Shown here: positions 9,924 through 18,457 of the stretch, piece by piece | Layout of the letters: each line of letters begins with the position of its first letter | How positions within the stretch are numbered: position 1 is the first letter of the stretch | DNA from: an uncultured virus (IMG/VR IMGVR_UViG_3300024235_000284) | Lineage: Duplodnaviria > Heunggongvirae > Uroviricota > Caudoviricetes | Length of the DNA stretch: 64,000 nt | Virus record (IMG/VR): IMGVR_UViG_3300024235_000284 | Direction: 5' to 3' (one strand) | The notes under the pieces: model-generated | Told to the model about the DNA's origin: nothing | Databases searched by the model: none | What the model saw: the letters and a program-made list of their open reading frames with translations, nothing else | Made by a program: the position numbers and the translations under genes

Positions 9924-10103
9924 TTATTGTTGTTCTTTGAGCTTGTTTGTCTCGTTAACTATTTGAGACTCAAATAGTTTAATAATATCCTCTTGTCGCT
10001 TAGTTCTTGGTTCCGGGAATCGATCTTTAAACACCTCCAGATTGTCAAACAGCACTACAATTTTAGTCCAAGTCTTTTGCGCGGGTGGATTCAACTTTTT
10101 CAT
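9924..10103 (-). CDS. Hypothetical protein
   Basis: MKKLNPPAQK...; start chosen from a late-promoter-like TAAGTA motif. Confidence 0.55.
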   Translation of the reverse strand: MKKLNPPAQKTWTKIVVLFDNLEVFKDRFPEPRTKRQEDIIKLFESQIVNETNKLKEQQ

Positions 10104-10149
10104 ATACTTACTTATGTGCACCACGAATAGACACATAAGTAAATATATG
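10101..10149. promoter_or_regulatory. Divergent late-type promoter pair forming a 17-bp inverted repeat
   Basis: CATATACTTACTTATGT (10101-10117) vs ACATAAGTAAATATATG (10133-10149); 16/17 complementary, each ending on an ATG. Confidence 0.6.
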
Positions 10150-10824
10150 GCGATATCATTAGACACTAGCGCAAGCGCGTACATACAGAAAACCTCAGGA
10201 GGGGACCTGCAATTCACCTTGACCGGGTTCAACAATCTACCCTCACCCACATCATATTCAGACACAAAAAGTTATCTTAGCTTTGCATGCGAATTTGTGT
10301 ATCCTAGTGGCATCTCCGGTGACACGATAGAAAGTATAGAGGTGTATTTCAAGTGGAACAATATCACGGTGACTGGTGATGGTGACATTGTGGCGTTGCT
10401 CCAGTTCTCTCGGCTTGATGAGTTAACTTTTGACGATGGTAATGTATACGGAAAAATTAATAACGATGACTATGATATTTATGCCTATCATGCCGGCATC
10501 GACGCAGATGATTGGACCGGTGGACATTATCTAGATTGGCGCAACGCAACACAAATGTCACAAGGTCGATTTCATCCTCACTCCGGGGGTTCACCAACCG
10601 GTTCGATTGATTTGGTGTTTAAAGATGATAGTTACACGGTGGTTGAACAATGGGACAACTGGGATGGTGGATTGGTACTGACAAGAACCAATGGACCAGG
10701 TGGTGGAGCTCTGAACACTGGATCCAATTTCACGTACAGTGGCCTGTCGACCTCCGGCGGGTCAGGAGGAGCATCAGGTGATCCACACATCAATACATTT
10801 GGTGGTGACAATTACACTCTCTGA
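10147..10824 (+). CDS. Probable virion protein with C-terminal GDPH (VWD N-terminal) tag
   Basis: MAISLDTS...; Gly/Ser linker, then SGDPHINTFGGDNYTL-stop. Confidence 0.75.
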   Translation: MAISLDTSASAYIQKTSGGDLQFTLTGFNNLPSPTSYSDTKSYLSFACEFVYPSGISGDTIESIEVYFKWNNITVTGDGDIVALLQFSRLDELTFDDGNVYGKINNDDYDIYAYHAGIDADDWTGGHYLDWRNATQMSQGRFHPHSGGSPTGSIDLVFKDDSYTVVEQWDNWDGGLVLTRTNGPGGGALNTGSNFTYSGLSTSGGSGGASGDPHINTFGGDNYTL

Positions 10825-10826
10825 AG

Positions 10827-11468
10827 ATGCAAAACCGGTTTTTTTGCATGTTTGACACGCTTGACGTGATGAGCAACCGGCTGGTGGTCAACGTGCAAAC
10901 CAAAACCAACATACCACAAGCCATCGCTGAGAATTTATGTGCCAACCTGACACATGAACAACGGGTCAAACATGCCAGTCGGCCCAGCAGCGACTACATG
11001 GAACTGGTGTGGGTCAAACTACATGGGATCTTCCAATGCACCATCAACATCGAGACTGGTGAGATCCTGTTCGGTAATGGTACCAAGTACGCACCAGACC
11101 AGACCATATCCATGAAGGAACATCAATTCAACCATCCACAACATGGAGCAAGGTGGAATCTGTTGAGCGAGTGTGACACATGGGACATGAATTATCACAA
11201 CCGAGGCCCAATCAAACTGATGAGCAAGAATATACACATCAACAACACAACACAAATGCCACAGGATCGTCAACAATATTACGCACGATCTTCAATCAAT
11301 CATCAAATCGTCTGCACCATATTACGACATCCACATGTCACCATACACACGTGTAGTCGTAAATGTGATCTGAGAGTGGATGTGGCGTGTGACTGGCGCA
11401 ACTCCGCCGGTGCGTTGGTTGCTGAATCAGACGATAATGTCCGAGACAACTTAACACATGTCAAATAA
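10827..11468 (+). CDS. Candidate free-standing remainder of a VWD-like domain
   Basis: Begins 2 nt after the GDPH-tag gene; NRFFCMFD...RLVVNVQT reads like the strands following the GDPH hairpin. Confidence 0.5.
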   Translation: MQNRFFCMFDTLDVMSNRLVVNVQTKTNIPQAIAENLCANLTHEQRVKHASRPSSDYMELVWVKLHGIFQCTINIETGEILFGNGTKYAPDQTISMKEHQFNHPQHGARWNLLSECDTWDMNYHNRGPIKLMSKNIHINNTTQMPQDRQQYYARSSINHQIVCTILRHPHVTIHTCSRKCDLRVDVACDWRNSAGALVAESDDNVRDNLTHVK

Positions 11469-11997
11469 AACTAGCTTAGGTTATATACATGTCCCAAGAA
11501 CCGGTGGATGGAGCTTGAGATCATCAATATGTGGAGACAAGACGCATCGTATAAAATATCTTGGCCACGCGCCTAACTCTAGAGATACACAAGACAAATA
11601 CACAACAGTCGCATGTGTGAGACATCCGTATGATCGTTTCATCAGCATGTACAAACATCGATTAGCACATTATGTTGATGACAGCAAATGGAAAATTCAA
11701 CACTATATCGACAACATGTCACGTGGTGAGTGGAAAGGGTACAATAATCATTGGTTTAAACATAACCCTCCGGACATTTTGATGAGATACACACATTTGC
11801 AAAGTGATTGGGAGAAATTAAATCGCTTGTTCGATCTGAATTTATCATCACTACCACATTTGCATGACACTAGCACGGTACAATACTCTGAACCGTCTCC
11901 AGAGCAAAAGGCGAACATATTACATATGATTAGATCCGATATAAAATATTATGAACAAATAATACTCAAAGAGTGTACTTACATCCATCAAATGTAG
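11458..11997 (+). CDS. Sulfotransferase family protein (Sulfotransfer_2-like)
   Basis: YIHVPRTGGWSL (5'-PSB loop) and VRHPYDRFISMY (3'-PB) motifs. Confidence 0.85.
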   Translation: MSNKTSLGYIHVPRTGGWSLRSSICGDKTHRIKYLGHAPNSRDTQDKYTTVACVRHPYDRFISMYKHRLAHYVDDSKWKIQHYIDNMSRGEWKGYNNHWFKHNPPDILMRYTHLQSDWEKLNRLFDLNLSSLPHLHDTSTVQYSEPSPEQKANILHMIRSDIKYYEQIILKECTYIHQM

Positions 11998-12700
11998 TCA
12001 CGTGTGGATCACCAGTACATCCGCTGGTAGTGGCCATGCTTTGTAACGGGTTGCTGACCACACCATATTCACTAAAGCCACTGTATGTGCTCCCGTCATC
12101 TGATATTAACGCTCGACCAGCAGTACCAGATGGAGCGTTGTAGATGCCGACAGCTCCTGCGGACCGGCGGTTGCCTCCGGTTGGGCTGATCGCGTTTGTT
12201 CCGACCCAAGCTTCGCCTGGGGCAATGGTATCCGATGAGGTAAAATAAACAATTTTCACCCCAGCTTCTTTATCGACCCGTATTCCATGCCTCCACCAAT
12301 TGTTTTCATAACAATCCGAATCGGACCAAACCGGGACACTACCTCCCGTTGCATCCGGTGCGTAAATTGCTCCACCGTCATCATAACCAAGCATGTCATC
12401 TGTATCATCAGTGATGCCATTATGAGCAAGATCCCACTCTATCTTCAAATCATTATTATTATCAAGTGTGAACTGTGGGCCCAGTGTGATCTCCATACCC
12501 TGTAAATGGTCGTTAGTGTTCATCGTACAACTAGCGTAACCGCTCGGATAGTTAGAGGGATAAGTAAACTCTAGTTTGATTCGAACTCTGAAATAACTCG
12601 CGTTTGTTACGCTCTCGTTAATTCCAGAAGCACCATCAAGATGCAAATATAATTTATTGTTACAATTTGTTAAATATACATCACTGTATGTTCTCGCCAT
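11966..12700 (-). CDS. Probable virion protein with C-terminal GDPH (VWD N-terminal) tag
   Basis: Ends CTGDPHVTTFDGCKYTL-stop; TATAAGTA 5 nt before ATG. Confidence 0.75.
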   Translation of the reverse strand: MARTYSDVYLTNCNNKLYLHLDGASGINESVTNASYFRVRIKLEFTYPSNYPSGYASCTMNTNDHLQGMEITLGPQFTLDNNNDLKIEWDLAHNGITDDTDDMLGYDDGGAIYAPDATGGSVPVWSDSDCYENNWWRHGIRVDKEAGVKIVYFTSSDTIAPGEAWVGTNAISPTGGNRRSAGAVGIYNAPSGTAGRALISDDGSTYSGFSEYGVVSNPLQSMATTSGCTGDPHVTTFDGCKYTL

Positions 12701-12738
12701 ATAGGTACTTATACAAACTCAAGTGTTTATACAATTAA

Positions 12739-12915
12739 TCAGTCCATTTTAACATATCGCTTTTCAGATCGATTCATAAGCAACGCACGATTGAGCGTGT
12801 GTGCTTCATATTCAGTTAAAATTGTCTTGCGTACATGTTTGTATTTGTTCCAACCAGCATGCCATTCGACTAGTTCATATGTGTGTTCAGGTGTGTTATC
12901 AGGTCCTCTCATCAT
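12739..12915 (-). CDS. Small hypothetical protein (58 aa)
   Basis: MMRGPDNTPEHTYELVEWH...; downstream of TTGATT-17-TATAAT. Confidence 0.55.
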   Translation of the reverse strand: MMRGPDNTPEHTYELVEWHAGWNKYKHVRKTILTEYEAHTLNRALLMNRSEKRYVKMD

Positions 12916-12949
12916 TATATTATAACGACCAAGTCACAGGTAATCAACC

Positions 12950-13537
12950 TCATTTTTTCCACCAGAAATCGTTAGCCAGTAACCAATACTTACGATCATA
13001 CCAATAAAGCAGTCTATGGTTGTTGTGTCTCAATGCGTAAAACCAACCATGTTTCACACTGTACATAAACTCTCTATCGTCACCAAACAACCACACCCAT
13101 TTCAAATCTTCACGGTATAACCACCCCTCGAAGTTCAGTGTGTGTTGAGATGTGGTAGAGTATGTCCAACCATGGTCTTCATGAGCTCTCCACTGGTAAT
13201 CATTATGTATAGTTTGTGGTTCTGACTTGACAATTGGTGTAGAATCATTCCTTTCTGGCACCTTGAATGTTGGTAGTGTGTCTTGTATGTGTTCGCCCTG
13301 CATGTCATCTATTTTTTGTTGTTTCATCTCTTCCATAATCTTCATGGTTTTCATGGTGGCGTCTCTCCAGCTGTGACACATGATCATGTGTCGACTAACG
13401 TCCAACGGCTCACTAGTGTTCACAGTCACACAATAATCACAACCACACAAAAAATCTTTGATTTGTACTATAGTACCAGCATGTGTAGCGACCCCCAACA
13501 TCAAACATACACCAACACATTTACATATAATACTCAT
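12950..13537 (-). CDS. Exported protein with Trp/Tyr-rich GW-repeat C-terminal domain
   Basis: Signal-like N-terminus; HGWTY, GWLYREDLKWVW, FMYSVKHGWFY, LLYWYDRKYW. Confidence 0.7.
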   Translation of the reverse strand: MSIICKCVGVCLMLGVATHAGTIVQIKDFLCGCDYCVTVNTSEPLDVSRHMIMCHSWRDATMKTMKIMEEMKQQKIDDMQGEHIQDTLPTFKVPERNDSTPIVKSEPQTIHNDYQWRAHEDHGWTYSTTSQHTLNFEGWLYREDLKWVWLFGDDREFMYSVKHGWFYALRHNNHRLLYWYDRKYWLLANDFWWKK

Positions 13538-13562
13538 GTCTTACAATTATTTAATCTAACAC

Positions 13563-13591
13563 AAAAAAACCCACCGGATTTCGCCGGTGAG
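13563..13591 (-). terminator. Intrinsic terminator-like hairpin
   Basis: CTCACCGG-CGAAAT-CCGGTGGG followed by T7 on the minus strand. Confidence 0.65.
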
Positions 13592-13679
13592 CCACTCGAC
13601 TGACTAGTGTCAGAGGGTGTAATTCATACTGTAAAGTATATATAAGTATATAAGGTACTCTATATACTTAAATATATAT

Positions 13680-15596
13680 ATGTCAGGTGAGATAACCATA
13701 GCGTCACAGTTTGTGACTGGAGGACCAGTGGGTGTGGGACCGCTGGTGGATATCACCTATCAACCAGCATTGGATGACAATGACAGTTATGTGGGTCGTA
13801 GCATAACAACATACATGAGTGGATGTTGCGTAACACAGACTGTATCACAAGAACAATATATATTGGATCAAGCAGAGTACGATAGAATACTTGCTTCCCG
13901 GCGCGTGGTGATTCCAATCAATTCAACCCCGGGGATAATCAACAGCGAATGTGGTCAGTTGAGTTTTGATTTGAAATCCCGATGGTTCTCAACTATAAGT
14001 GACGGGTCAGACGTGATGCTTGAGGGTGATGCTGTCAGTGATGATGTGACACTCACAACTGAAACCGGACAACCACTAGCAACTGAAAATGATGTGGTGT
14101 TGCAGATACAAGGTGGGGCGGTGGATGCGCTTTTCGTTTTGCAGACTGAAGATGATGAGGTATTGCAGTTCGAGAGCGCCACCCGCGCGCGTATCAGCGT
14201 GTTCAAACATATCAACGGGCTGAAAAAAATATCCAATCCATACACTGACGACTGGTACAACAACAATCATCCACCAGCTGATGAATACGGATTTTACACA
14301 TCCAACACAACAGTAACCATCCCGGACATCGAGCCTGGAGAGTACATCATGGAGTCAGTAACCACCATACCGGGTACCAATTTTACCAGTGTTAAAACCT
14401 GGTCATTCCCAGTGATCATAACTGAGTGTGATCGTGGGGTCAACATAACCAGTGAGTGTGATGGTGTGGGTGTGAGTCTGGGTGTTGATTGCATGCGTTC
14501 GACAAGCAGTCGAGGGATTGGTGACAATTGGGTGGTGCGAGTGTACCAGGGTGATGAGTATCAGTATGTGAGTCGTGAGGTTGAACAAGAGCAGGTGGAG
14601 ATTGTTGGCACGTGTCTCAAGACGGAGACATTAGATTGTATTGAATTTGAAGATGGTGTGCCCATAATATTGGAAGGGTACGCCCGGGTGATTGAGTATG
14701 GTGGCACGGATGCCGCGCGGTTGGAATGCCTGCTGGTGGAGGCTGGTGGTGTGGTCACTGGAGAGACTATTGATCACCAGGCGGACAATCAGATTGTAGA
14801 TTGTTTGCAGCATGTGGTGCAACAACAAGTGGTGTTGACGAATTGCATACAAACACACACATGCGAGTCGTTGCAAACCCACACCGGGGAATGCATACAA
14901 TTTGAAGGTTATGCAAAACATGTCGATTGTGTGGATGTTGTGTCAGATGACCAAACTGAGCTGCTGGATCAAACAATATATCCCATTGTCACAGAGTCTG
15001 GACATGCTGTTATGATGGAGGATGGTGAGACCATGCTGGAGAAACAAGGGCGTTATGATGTTCTGAGATTCGAAACAGAGGATGGTCGTGGTCTGTTCAC
15101 AGAAACTGAATTTGCGCTGGAACGTGAGACACATGAAGAACTGCTCACCACCGAGCAATCCCGACCATTGGACATATCAAAGCATGTGAATACACCAGGC
15201 ATGTACCATCCAGACCATGTGTCCGCGTTGGAAGAGCAATCACGTGAACTGGTGCTCACTACCAGCGTGTCAGCATTGAGTTCCGCTTTTATCTCTCTGC
15301 CATCTCCAGCGGAATACTACATACAAGTTGATGTGTATGATCAACTTGGAATACCAGTGACAACTGACACTGTGGATGGACTGTATGTACCTTCATGTGA
15401 TGGTATCGAGACTGAGTCAGCCACATTGATTGAGTCAGAGGATAATATGGTGATACAGCTGGAATTAACTGATGTTGTGTATTTTGATGGAGTGTGCTTG
15501 TCATTGGAGAGTGACATGAATGACTGTCTGCTCACGGAACAAAGTGTTCCAATCGAACCAGAGGGATTTTACCCAAATTGGTTGCTAAGAGCATAA
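13680..15596 (+). CDS. Acidic virion structural protein with repeated (L/I)xTE(D/T/S)G motifs
   Basis: TAAATA before ATG; many LTTETG/LQTEDD/IEFEDG/IVTESG/FETEDG repeats. Confidence 0.7.
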   Translation: MSGEITIASQFVTGGPVGVGPLVDITYQPALDDNDSYVGRSITTYMSGCCVTQTVSQEQYILDQAEYDRILASRRVVIPINSTPGIINSECGQLSFDLKSRWFSTISDGSDVMLEGDAVSDDVTLTTETGQPLATENDVVLQIQGGAVDALFVLQTEDDEVLQFESATRARISVFKHINGLKKISNPYTDDWYNNNHPPADEYGFYTSNTTVTIPDIEPGEYIMESVTTIPGTNFTSVKTWSFPVIITECDRGVNITSECDGVGVSLGVDCMRSTSSRGIGDNWVVRVYQGDEYQYVSREVEQEQVEIVGTCLKTETLDCIEFEDGVPIILEGYARVIEYGGTDAARLECLLVEAGGVVTGETIDHQADNQIVDCLQHVVQQQVVLTNCIQTHTCESLQTHTGECIQFEGYAKHVDCVDVVSDDQTELLDQTIYPIVTESGHAVMMEDGETMLEKQGRYDVLRFETEDGRGLFTETEFALERETHEELLTTEQSRPLDISKHVNTPGMYHPDHVSALEEQSRELVLTTSVSALSSAFISLPSPAEYYIQVDVYDQLGIPVTTDTVDGLYVPSCDGIETESATLIESEDNMVIQLELTDVVYFDGVCLSLESDMNDCLLTEQSVPIEPEGFYPNWLLRA

Positions 15597-15604
15597 ATAT
15601 TTAC

Positions 15605-17092
15605 ATGACAAAAATTAGCGATTTAGACAACTTACCAGGATCTCTGGCTGGTAATGCGATCTTGCCTGGGGTACAATCAGGCACCACATATGGCATAACA
15701 GCGGATCAGATAAAAACATATGTGGAAACCGGTGGAGGCAGCTCAGCCGGTAGTGGTGTCACCATGTTCGGTGGAGGCACCGCGGCCCCGATCATCACCC
15801 GGGACCTGGTTTATGGGGTGCCACAATCAATATCAATTGTCAGCGGAGGAGACGGTTACGACAATGCCAATGGTACTGTGTTGTGTTGTGGTCATGTTGA
15901 GGGTTCAGGATTGACGTATGGCACCACAGGTCCTGGAGGAGATGTGAACTACAATGCGGCAGAGTATCTAGCGAGAGGTTTGCATGTGAAGGTCACTGTA
16001 ACCAATGGAGAGGTGGTGGATGCTAAGATAGTTAATCCAGGTCAAATGTTTAGAGTGGGTGATCAGTTGGACATCACGTTGCAGAAAAGCGTGTATAGTA
16101 ATGGTGGTACAACAACAGCTGGGGGCAACTTCACCCCGGCGAAGATTAGAATCGATGTGGTCGAGCCATTCATGGACGGTTTTATCACTAACAATCACTC
16201 CGCGTTAGGAGGCACCGCCCCCAATGTGCTCAAAGGAGGTGTCGGATATGGAGCAGCCTTGGCCTCCGGAAGTTCTTTCTCCAGAAAAAATCCAAACAAA
16301 TCAGGGGTGAGTCCAACCTACTCATCCGGGGAATATTTCCCCATGGAGATGGATTGGACGGCGCCTTTGTTCATGGCACACACTCAATCTGCGCAGACAG
16401 AGGGTGACATTGCCCCCACCGCCACCGGTCAGAGCACTCATGATTTCGCAGGCTTTGATCATGCATATGTAGGTCATCGACCCTTCGCAGGACATGTTAA
16501 TGCTACTCAGACAACCAGCCATCAGGTTCACACGTTCAATCTTGCGGTGCCAGGAGTGTGGGCCATAGTGTACCAAACAAAATCCTCTTCGTCGCCATTC
16601 ACCAACGATGGTAACATGTACAAATCTGAATCCTCGAGCGCATTCGAGGATCAATGGCAAACTGTTGATCGTATGTTACCAGAGTACACCGCTGGTCAAT
16701 TGAGAGTCAATGGGGCATTTGCCACCGGCAATGGAGTAGAACACGGCTCACCGGACAGTGTAATCGAAAGAGGCGAGTTACACGTGATCGTGAACCCGGC
16801 ATTGGACATCCCCAGCAGCCAGATCCAGTCAGCAGTGTCAACCGCGATAAAGACAAAAGCCACCATCAATGGAGTTAGTTACAATGGTGTGTACAATCCT
16901 GCAGGAAGCAACACAACACGTGAGGTGGACAGCACCACCACATCATTTGCAGTAAACACGTATCAGCAACACCGGACTCGGGATACCGGGCATAATAATG
17001 CTAACGTAGATCATACTTGGAATCAATACCAACAATGCAGCTTTTACTTCGTGAACGTATTTGATTTGTTAGGCAACACGTCCACAAGTTGA
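15605..17092 (+). CDS. Tail fibre/baseplate-associated structural protein
   Basis: MTKISDL N-terminus; SIVSGGDGY and IVNPGQMFRVGD beta-repeats; ATAAATA 5 nt before ATG. Confidence 0.7.
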   Translation: MTKISDLDNLPGSLAGNAILPGVQSGTTYGITADQIKTYVETGGGSSAGSGVTMFGGGTAAPIITRDLVYGVPQSISIVSGGDGYDNANGTVLCCGHVEGSGLTYGTTGPGGDVNYNAAEYLARGLHVKVTVTNGEVVDAKIVNPGQMFRVGDQLDITLQKSVYSNGGTTTAGGNFTPAKIRIDVVEPFMDGFITNNHSALGGTAPNVLKGGVGYGAALASGSSFSRKNPNKSGVSPTYSSGEYFPMEMDWTAPLFMAHTQSAQTEGDIAPTATGQSTHDFAGFDHAYVGHRPFAGHVNATQTTSHQVHTFNLAVPGVWAIVYQTKSSSSPFTNDGNMYKSESSSAFEDQWQTVDRMLPEYTAGQLRVNGAFATGNGVEHGSPDSVIERGELHVIVNPALDIPSSQIQSAVSTAIKTKATINGVSYNGVYNPAGSNTTREVDSTTTSFAVNTYQQHRTRDTGHNNANVDHTWNQYQQCSFYFVNVFDLLGNTSTS

Positions 17093-17565
17093 ACAATCTC
17101 ATGACTGAACCAGTACACTTTAGCGAGTTATTGGACAACACTTGTGTCACGCTGAGCTCGACTGTGGATCCAGCGGAACCGATCGCCATGAGCGAGTTCT
17201 ATGGCATGGCGTGTCTCACACAGACTTTCACTGGAGCGGCACCCACAGCGAGCCCGCAGCTAGAGCAGATAGAGGTGGAACTTGACATGATATCATATTA
17301 TGATTCAGCCACCAGCAGCATCACCTTACGACCAGTTGATGTGAATCAGAATCTAGAAAGATTCACTGGTAATTTCACCTGGGGATTTGAACTGATCTCT
17401 CCAACAGGTAACACGATCGCCTCCGCAGAGATGTTGACAGATGACAATAATTATCAATCATTGTCCAATCCAGATGCTGGTATATACACAGTGATGTCAA
17501 TCGTGTACTATAATCGCTCGCGAGTGTTTTACGAGGTTAGTTTCAACTCGGTCACGATCACTTAA
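17089..17565 (+). CDS. Hypothetical structural-module protein
   Basis: Follows the fibre-like gene; start may be ATG 17101. Confidence 0.6.
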   Translation: MNNLMTEPVHFSELLDNTCVTLSSTVDPAEPIAMSEFYGMACLTQTFTGAAPTASPQLEQIEVELDMISYYDSATSSITLRPVDVNQNLERFTGNFTWGFELISPTGNTIASAEMLTDDNNYQSLSNPDAGIYTVMSIVYYNRSRVFYEVSFNSVTIT

Positions 17566-17833
17566 ATACTGATGTTAAAATGTGATTGAGTCTAGGGAGC
17601 GTGAGTTCAGGTTGCGCGGTTCCTGCCGGTTGCTCTATCTCGCCATGGTTCAATCCGGGCCCATATGTGTCACTCAAAAGTGTTTGCACGCCAGTAGCGT
17701 GACTAACTCCGAATCAATGCAAGCACCACCGATTCAACGGCAAGCGACTGACAATACATTGAACTCTTTTTGGCTGATCAGGCCCGGTTGTTCCTTAGGA
17801 TCAGAACGAAGAGGGTTAACCTAGGTTAAAAAA

Positions 17834-17907
17834 AACATCGGATGTTGTGGAACACGACGTGGATATAATAATAGTGGGTCCCGCGAGTTGTGACAACATC
17901 CGATGTT
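17834..17907. repeat. 15-bp perfect inverted repeat with palindromic arms
   Basis: AACATCGGATGTTGT (17834-17848) / ACAACATCCGATGTT (17893-17907); T-run follows on the minus strand. Confidence 0.9.
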
Positions 17908-18107
17908 CAAATTAAGTGAGGTTAACTTGGGCAGTTAAACGATGATTCCCCTCTCGTTAGAGATTAGGTTAACCTCAAGGAGGCGCCCGCTACGCAGTTA
18001 CCATCCTATAAAATGATTGGGAGAGATTACTCTTCAGCCTTCTCTCAACACGTCTCTAGTTACCACCAGAATGTCTCTGCAACTTGATAGCCGATTAAGC
18101 CGCTCGT

Positions 18108-18323
18108 AATCACTTGATCGTTGAGCCTCTACTATGGAGATCTTGTTCGCACTACGCTCCTAGATTCGTTGTTATGCGACTAAGGAAGGCCTTGGATTTT
18201 ACTCCTCACCTCCAGGAGACATACCTATAGTTCTAAGTATAGGGTTGGCAGACGTGTACCACATGGCGAGTTGTTAGCTCGATAGACTGTCCGTCAGCCT
18301 AGCCTCAATCACTTGATCGTTGA
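18108..18323. repeat. 17-bp direct repeat
   Basis: AATCACTTGATCGTTGA at 18108-18124 and 18307-18323. Confidence 0.9.
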
Positions 18324-18423
18324 CCCCTTGCCGCAGCAAGGACATGTGTGCCAGTGTCACTAAGGTTGTGACTTCTACTGGCGTCCAGTTTCTTTTCCGT
18401 CGAAAAGAAAACTATAAATTGAA

Positions 18424-18457
18424 ATGTAAAAGAACGATGGCTGACTCATCAGCCGTT
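18424..18457 (-). promoter_or_regulatory. boxB-like hairpin plus boxA-like element
   Basis: GGCTGA-TGAG-TCAGCC hairpin then GTTCTTTTACAT at the transcript 5' end. Confidence 0.5.

Noticed and set aside
17582..17824. 80-aa plus-strand ORF in the non-coding region
   Set aside because: No recognisable protein character, and helices with G-U pairs favour a minus-strand RNA.
17812..18323. CRISPR or mini-array
   Set aside because: Only two copies of each repeat, with irregular spacing, and no cas genes in the window.
18390..18457. CTGATGAG on the minus strand as a hammerhead ribozyme core
   Set aside because: It is sequestered in its own hairpin. The downstream segment is GACGGAAA rather than stem II-GAAA, and no stem I/III with an NUH site is evident.
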